Below are positions 59,120-64,000 of a DNA stretch of 64,000 nt, piece after piece. The notes beneath the pieces are model-generated. The model was not told where the DNA came from. It searched no databases and saw nothing but the letters and a program-made list of their open reading frames with translations. The stretch lies in the IMG/VR virus record IMGVR_UViG_2576861513_000002, one strand, 5' to 3'. The position numbers and the translations under genes were made by a program. Position 1 is the stretch's first letter. The number at the start of each line of letters is the position of its first letter. This stretch comes from an uncultured virus (IMG/VR IMGVR_UViG_2576861513_000002) (lineage: Duplodnaviria; Heunggongvirae; Uroviricota; Caudoviricetes).

Positions 59120-60258
59120 AAATAATGCTAATTGAAGATAATAAAAACAAAAGAGATGATATCAAGAGTTTTCTACTATCAAAAAATATAGTTGATAGTG
59201 ATATTATTATAGCCAAGAGCATGACCGACTTCACTACAAATCTACATCATGATATTGGATTATTCATAATTGATTTAAAACTACCTAATATTGACGGTGG
59301 TGAAGCGCAATTTAATGGATTAACGATATTAGAGACTATCAAGAAATCTAGTAAACAAGAATCTCTTTTATTAGCTATCAGTTCATTTCCAGATGAATTC
59401 CCAAAGCTCAGAGATTTCTACGAATCACATGGTTGTATTCTTTCTACTTATTCTAACAAAAAAGGGTGGAAGTCGACACTTGAGCATTTACTGATTCAAC
59501 TAAATAAAAATACAACTCTCGACTTTTTGATTTTTTGTGCATTAAAAGAAGAGCGAACTCCTTATATTACCATGATTAATGGTAAAAAATGTAATAGACG
59601 GGGAATTGATTTCTATGACATTGATATCGGAGAGAAAAAAGGTTCAGTCGTCCTTCTGCCATCCATGGGACTTGTTAATGCAGCTATCATCGCAGGGGCT
59701 TGTATTGATCGTTATAAGCCATCAATTGTAGCAATGAGTGGGATTTGTGGTGGTTTTACAGATAATGTTAAACTGGGCCAATTACTTGTTTCAAAAATGG
59801 CATACGAATACCAGTCTGGTAAATGGACTGATGATGGCTTTAAGCAAGAGCCTTACCAAGTATCCACCGATCAGAATACATTGACAAATTTAAGCATAAT
59901 GATCGACCAAGATGATTTTCTTAAAGAACTTGAAGAAGGTTATAGTGCGACTAAACCTGATGAACCAACTCCACCTATTTTCTCCATTTTTACTAGTGGT
60001 TCAGCTGTAGTAGCATCTAAAGAGTTGTTAACAAACATACAAAATCATCATCGTAAATCAGGTGGCTTGGATATGGAGATATTTGCAATCCATCGTGCTA
60101 CTGAGTTATCCATCAATAAACCATTATGTATTTGTGCAAAGACCGTCGTAGATCTTTGCGATTCGAATAAAGACGATGATTTACATATATACGGAAGTTA
60201 CATTTCTGCTAAATTTATTATATTAGCCATTAAAAATCATTACAAATTAAATACATAA
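59116..60258 (+). CDS. dtcC: REC-PNP (nucleosidase) effector
   Basis: REC N-terminus; MGLVNAA, MSGICGG, LDME, KTVVD. Confidence 0.85.
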   Translation: MKIMLIEDNKNKRDDIKSFLLSKNIVDSDIIIAKSMTDFTTNLHHDIGLFIIDLKLPNIDGGEAQFNGLTILETIKKSSKQESLLLAISSFPDEFPKLRDFYESHGCILSTYSNKKGWKSTLEHLLIQLNKNTTLDFLIFCALKEERTPYITMINGKKCNRRGIDFYDIDIGEKKGSVVLLPSMGLVNAAIIAGACIDRYKPSIVAMSGICGGFTDNVKLGQLLVSKMAYEYQSGKWTDDGFKQEPYQVSTDQNTLTNLSIMIDQDDFLKELEEGYSATKPDEPTPPIFSIFTSGSAVVASKELLTNIQNHHRKSGGLDMEIFAIHRATELSINKPLCICAKTVVDLCDSNKDDDLHIYGSYISAKFIILAIKNHYKLNT

Positions 60259-60329
60259 TACTACTTTTATTAATCATTAACTATCTATGACCTGAGTTAT
60301 GTCAGGAAAAGTGACACCAGAGATTGTTC

Positions 60330-60712
60330 ATACCAAGCGGCCCGGACGGGCGATAACGTTTCTGCAGACGGCTGCAGGGGTACGGCGGGATACCGAGCAT
60401 TTAGGAAACCTTGCCAGGACGCGGCTTGTGATCGATGACATCCTGTAGGAGCCTGAGTCGATTCATATCGCTCAATTTCCGCAGCCTGATCGGGACACAG
60501 ATTGCGGTCGATTACATCCTTAAGAATTTTGAGACGGTTGATTTCTTTCCGCTGGCCTGCCCTGACGTATATATCATAGAAGTTGGTCGGCGGGATGGCT
60601 ACTGTTGGCACACCTGTCATGTGATTCGAACGCTGCACGGTATCCCCAATTGCGTCATCCGACTCAGTGCATTCACCATCTCCAGCGCTTCACACATAAG
60701 CGCATCATAACC
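60330..60712 (-). pseudogene. IS remnants (ISNCY-like and IS903/IS5-like fragments)
   Basis: KEINRLKILKDVIDRNL fragment; YDALMCEALEMVNALSRMTQLGIPCSVRIT resembles the IS903 transposase C-terminus. Confidence 0.6.
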
Positions 60713-60720
60713 CCTCCCCC

Positions 60721-60830
60721 AGGTCTGCTCCCCCGCAGATTATGCAGGTAGATGTGAACAATGTCCGCACTTGGCACGTAGCGGGCTAGCTCACTGGGCA
60801 GAAGGTCCGCTCTGAGCGAGGAGCGGACGT
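60721..60830 (+). repeat. ~110-bp dispersed palindromic repeat, copy B
   Basis: ...GTCCGCTCTGAGCGAGGAGCGGAC. Confidence 0.75.
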
Positions 60831-61009
60831 TGGTCTTGGAGGGGCTCCGGAAATTATCTAAAAGCGAATGGTATGGATTACAGGAATGCTTGCAATTCCC
60901 AACAAACTAAAGACAGTGCGAAATCGCGATTTTTTCTGCTACTGAATAAAGTTTTCAACATTTTGGTCGTTAATTATCTTTTACGTAGTTGTTTTTCAGG
61001 AGAAGTGCA

Positions 61010-61504
61010 ATGACATTTACCGTCGGTGAAAACTATCCATTCAGGGACATACAGAAGCGTTATAAATCCCTGAAACCGGGCGAAAAGGGACTGTCGCAGG
61101 GCGGGTTTTTAAATCCCTCGCGTGGCAATTCCTCTACATTAATTCGAGCCATCTTTGCGCGCAGAGGCGTCAATGGCCCTTTGGATAATCTATTGTTCAT
61201 TTCTGGCGATAATGCGTACCGAAACTACTTCAACCGTCTTGTGAAAGTGCAAAAGGAATGTAGCCCATTCCTCTATTTTAAAGAAATCAATGGCGAGTGG
61301 TCTTATATGGGGCACAGTCAGGTGGAGCGTTTACTGGAACCCGACTCAAAAGCATTAACCCTCTTGCTTGACAAAATGGGGTGCACGCTGGAAACGGTTG
61401 GTGAGGTGGGTGGCAAACCATTGTGGCAGCTTTCCGCATTAGGAGGGCAAGGTTTTATCAGACCGCGTAGACTGGAATTTATAGCGGTCTTACAGCAGGA
61501 TTGA
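61010..61504 (+). CDS. Hypothetical protein between repeats B and C
   Basis: AGGAG RBS before MTFTVGENY. Confidence 0.7.
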   Translation: MTFTVGENYPFRDIQKRYKSLKPGEKGLSQGGFLNPSRGNSSTLIRAIFARRGVNGPLDNLLFISGDNAYRNYFNRLVKVQKECSPFLYFKEINGEWSYMGHSQVERLLEPDSKALTLLLDKMGCTLETVGEVGGKPLWQLSALGGQGFIRPRRLEFIAVLQQD

Positions 61505-61610
61505 CCTGCTCCCCGTTGATTGACTCAGTGTAAAGTTAGTACGTCCGTTTTTGACACAGAGCAGGCAGTTCTGGAGACACCGATGTCTGCTATGAGCGAG
61601 GAGCGGAAGT
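61501..61610 (+). repeat. ~110-bp dispersed palindromic repeat, copy C
   Basis: TTGACCTGCTCCCC...GAGCGAGGAGCGGAAGT; overlaps the ORF stop codon. Confidence 0.75.
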
Positions 61611-61848
61611 CAGTCCAAATTAGCTAAAAAATGACTACTAAAGCAGTGGAAATTCAAAATGTGCGATCGATATCTGATGACATCCGACTAGATTTACTTG
61701 AATACACCTTTTTTAGATAGTTTTGTCGCACAAACTCGCCTGATGGTGTCCCGCACTCGACCATTGACTCACCTGAAGGGGGCAAACCCTCAGTTTGGAT
61801 GTGGTAAACTCATTCGCGACCATTCATAGAGGAATCAGCGAGAAAGAA

Positions 61849-62667
61849 ATGGATAAGTTTTCATTTGGTAAACCTTTCAAACTTAATGACTACGTTATAT
61901 ACCCGTGCCCAGGTTGCGGAAGAAGCAGTCTGAAACTCGATAAAGAAACATTTAACGCAAGGGTGACCGGTGAATCACATAGCATTATTGAATTTCTCGG
62001 CTTTGAAACAGAATTGATTAAAGAGGTTTTTACATCGGTTCTGGTTTGCGAAAATCATGAATGCGAGGAAGTTGTTGTCTGCTCTGGCACAGGTCATGTT
62101 GAGATGGATATTGCCGTAAATGAACGCGGCGAGCAGATACAGGAATACTTTAGCTATTACACACCCAAAGTATTCATACCAACCCTACAGTATATAGATA
62201 TCCCCACAGAATGCCCATCCGAAGTATGTGAAAATTTACAAGAGGCATTTTCACTGACACTACTTTCGCCTGGGTCAGCAGCAAACAAGGTAAGAGCGGC
62301 GATAGAAAACCTTTTGTCTGAATACAATATTCCAAAATACAAACTAGTTAAGCCGAAAGGTAAGGCCAAGCGCGAGCGGCGCCTCATATCTCTGCACGAG
62401 CGAATTGCCATAGCTGCACATAGAAAGAAAATATTTGAAAAGTTAAATGAGCTTTTATTTGCCGTTAAATGGCTGGGTAATGAAGGGAGTCACGCAACAT
62501 CAGGTTTAACTCAAAGTGATCTCTTTGATGCGTACCGGTTGACTGAGCACATTCTCAACGCGCTCTATCCATCAGGTGTAGACCTTCAGAAAAGGGCGCG
62601 GGAAATAGTAAAAAACAAAGGTGTGAAAAAGCAAAAAAAGAAGTTTTCCCGAACATCAACTGTTTAA
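61849..62667 (+). CDS. DUF4145 (HEPN-like) protein with N-terminal Zn ribbon
   Basis: CPGCG, SAANKVRAAIE, KWLGNEGSH. Confidence 0.78.
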   Translation: MDKFSFGKPFKLNDYVIYPCPGCGRSSLKLDKETFNARVTGESHSIIEFLGFETELIKEVFTSVLVCENHECEEVVVCSGTGHVEMDIAVNERGEQIQEYFSYYTPKVFIPTLQYIDIPTECPSEVCENLQEAFSLTLLSPGSAANKVRAAIENLLSEYNIPKYKLVKPKGKAKRERRLISLHERIAIAAHRKKIFEKLNELLFAVKWLGNEGSHATSGLTQSDLFDAYRLTEHILNALYPSGVDLQKRAREIVKNKGVKKQKKKFSRTSTV

Positions 62668-62698
62668 TGAAAAGAGTGTAGGCTGGACTTTCGCCAGC

Positions 62699-63303
62699 CT
62701 ATTTAGGTTCGTACCAATCTACATTGCCCTCTTCGTCTCTGTATCTCTGCAGCCCTATTGTAAAGTCAACAAAAAGACCATCGCCCAGATCGGCTTCTTG
62801 CTCTACCCGATTGCCGGTGAAATAGTCATGACCAGACAGTTTGAAATTGCTCAGCTGAGGAGTTGGTGGCTGATCACCCCGCGGTGTCAAATCTATAAAA
62901 GGCTTGTATTTCGGATCATACTTTCTATACAGCCATTCTTCATATTGATAACGGCTAATTCCGTCAAACAAAATTTCGTACTCAACGCATGATGGATAGT
63001 ACTTTTCTATAAAAAACTCAACTAAATTTGAATGTAACTTTGACAGAATTCTTTACAAGCAAAGTTGTAATATCCGTCTTGGGCTAAGTTAAGATGTGCG
63101 TTGTTAATAATCAACAAGAATTTCGCTGAGCTCTGACATGCAGTGCAATAGCCAAATTCTCGCAACAAGCTGTCGCCACTATACCGACCAGGGACAAATA
63201 ATTCACTTAAACCTCCATGAATTTGATTGAATAACTTTAGAATAGCCACCACCGGCCGGCTTTGTTTTTTTACGTTGACTATCATCAGATCCTTACAGGC
63301 CAT
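62699..63303 (-). pseudogene. Probable frameshifted hypothetical gene
   Basis: Downstream frame is open back to ~63052 and overlaps the upstream ORF; one extra A would fuse them. Confidence 0.5.
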
Positions 63304-63368
63304 TGTGGTCAGAAGTGGTCTAAAAAAAACTAAGTTAGTAGAGTTTAGACCACTCCAGAGAATAGTAT

Positions 63369-64000
63369 TTATTTTATAAAAACATACCTGCTGAGATAAT
63401 TTAAAAAAGTTTTCGTATCTAAAAAATAAGCAGGATATGCATTTTTTAATTCACTAATTGAACTAACAGAAACCATAGCTACTTCACAGCCTTTATTTTC
63501 CGCGCAGTATTTTTCAGACTCGACATAAGCTTCTGCCGCCTTTGCATGATTGTGATTTTCGAAGCTCTTTATATTTATATTCCGCTTTACGGTGTCAACA
63601 ACAATTATGCAAAGTCCTTTATCATATTCTTTGCTACCTTCAATATGGCTAACTACGGCATTATAAGCAGCTAAAATATCGAAAACATTCAACTCGACGG
63701 ATAAATGGCTTAATTCTTCTGATATTTTTATATAACTCCCAGATGGTTCTTTTTCATATTCAACTTTATAAAAAAGCTCTGATACCAATTCAAAAAACCT
63801 AAGCCATCTTGCATCACCAAAACCAGATTTCAATGATTCCTTTCGAAACAAACCAACCATTTCAACTGCTGTAGCCCAGCTATGTTGAATAGCTGTTCTT
63901 ATTTGCATTTCAATGCGTAATCCATTTAAAGATGGAAATTTTTTATTTTGGAATGAATAGACCATGTGAAAGCTTCTATAACCGGAATCTTTCACGTCTA
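63369..64000 (-). CDS. CapRel-like fused toxSAS (RelA/SpoT synthetase domain), 5' end outside the window
   Basis: SGYRSFH, EMQIRT..QHSWATAVE, C-terminal AYPAYFLD (YxxY). Confidence 0.78.
   Translation of the reverse strand, partial: DVKDSGYRSFHMVYSFQNKKFPSLNGLRIEMQIRTAIQHSWATAVEMVGLFRKESLKSGFGDARWLRFFELVSELFYKVEYEKEPSGSYIKISEELSHLSVELNVFDILAAYNAVVSHIEGSKEYDKGLCIIVVDTVKRNINIKSFENHNHAKAAEAYVESEKYCAENKGCEVAMVSVSSISELKNAYPAYFLDTKTFLNYLSRYVFIK

Larger units (their letters stand above)
52555..64000. mobile_element. Second ssrA island (CP4-57-like integrase, defence cargo); continues beyond the window
   Basis: P4-type int directly after the ssrA fragment; AT-rich cargo. Confidence 0.85.

Overview
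Enterobacteriaceae (Enterobacter-like) chromosome at the ratA-smpB-ssrA locus, carrying three stacked mobile elements. (1) A ~51 kb lambdoid-regulated, contractile-tailed prophage is integrated in the 3' end of ssrA (att repeats 1495-1530 and 52519-52554). (2) A ~12.7 kb P4/PICI-like satellite (6207-18928, 17-bp direct repeats) sits inside that prophage's baseplate J gene and splits it after codon 24. The satellite has int, alpA, a C4-type RNA, icd and a primase-helicase. It has no recognisable capsid genes, but it carries its own diverged copies of the helper's tail-tip cassette (hub, exported protein, spike) and of the helper's tyrosine recombinase / cis-motif / TerS-like HTH module. (3) A second ssrA island with a CP4-57-like integrase carries defence cargo (Detocs-like operon, DUF4145 protein, CapRel-like gene) separated by ~110-bp dispersed repeats. 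Other notable signals are two dif/psi-like XerCD sites around terL-portal, a glycosyltransferase/methyltransferase cassette in the late operon and a -1 tail-chaperone frameshift. All product calls come from motif recognition and synteny by eye; no database search was run.
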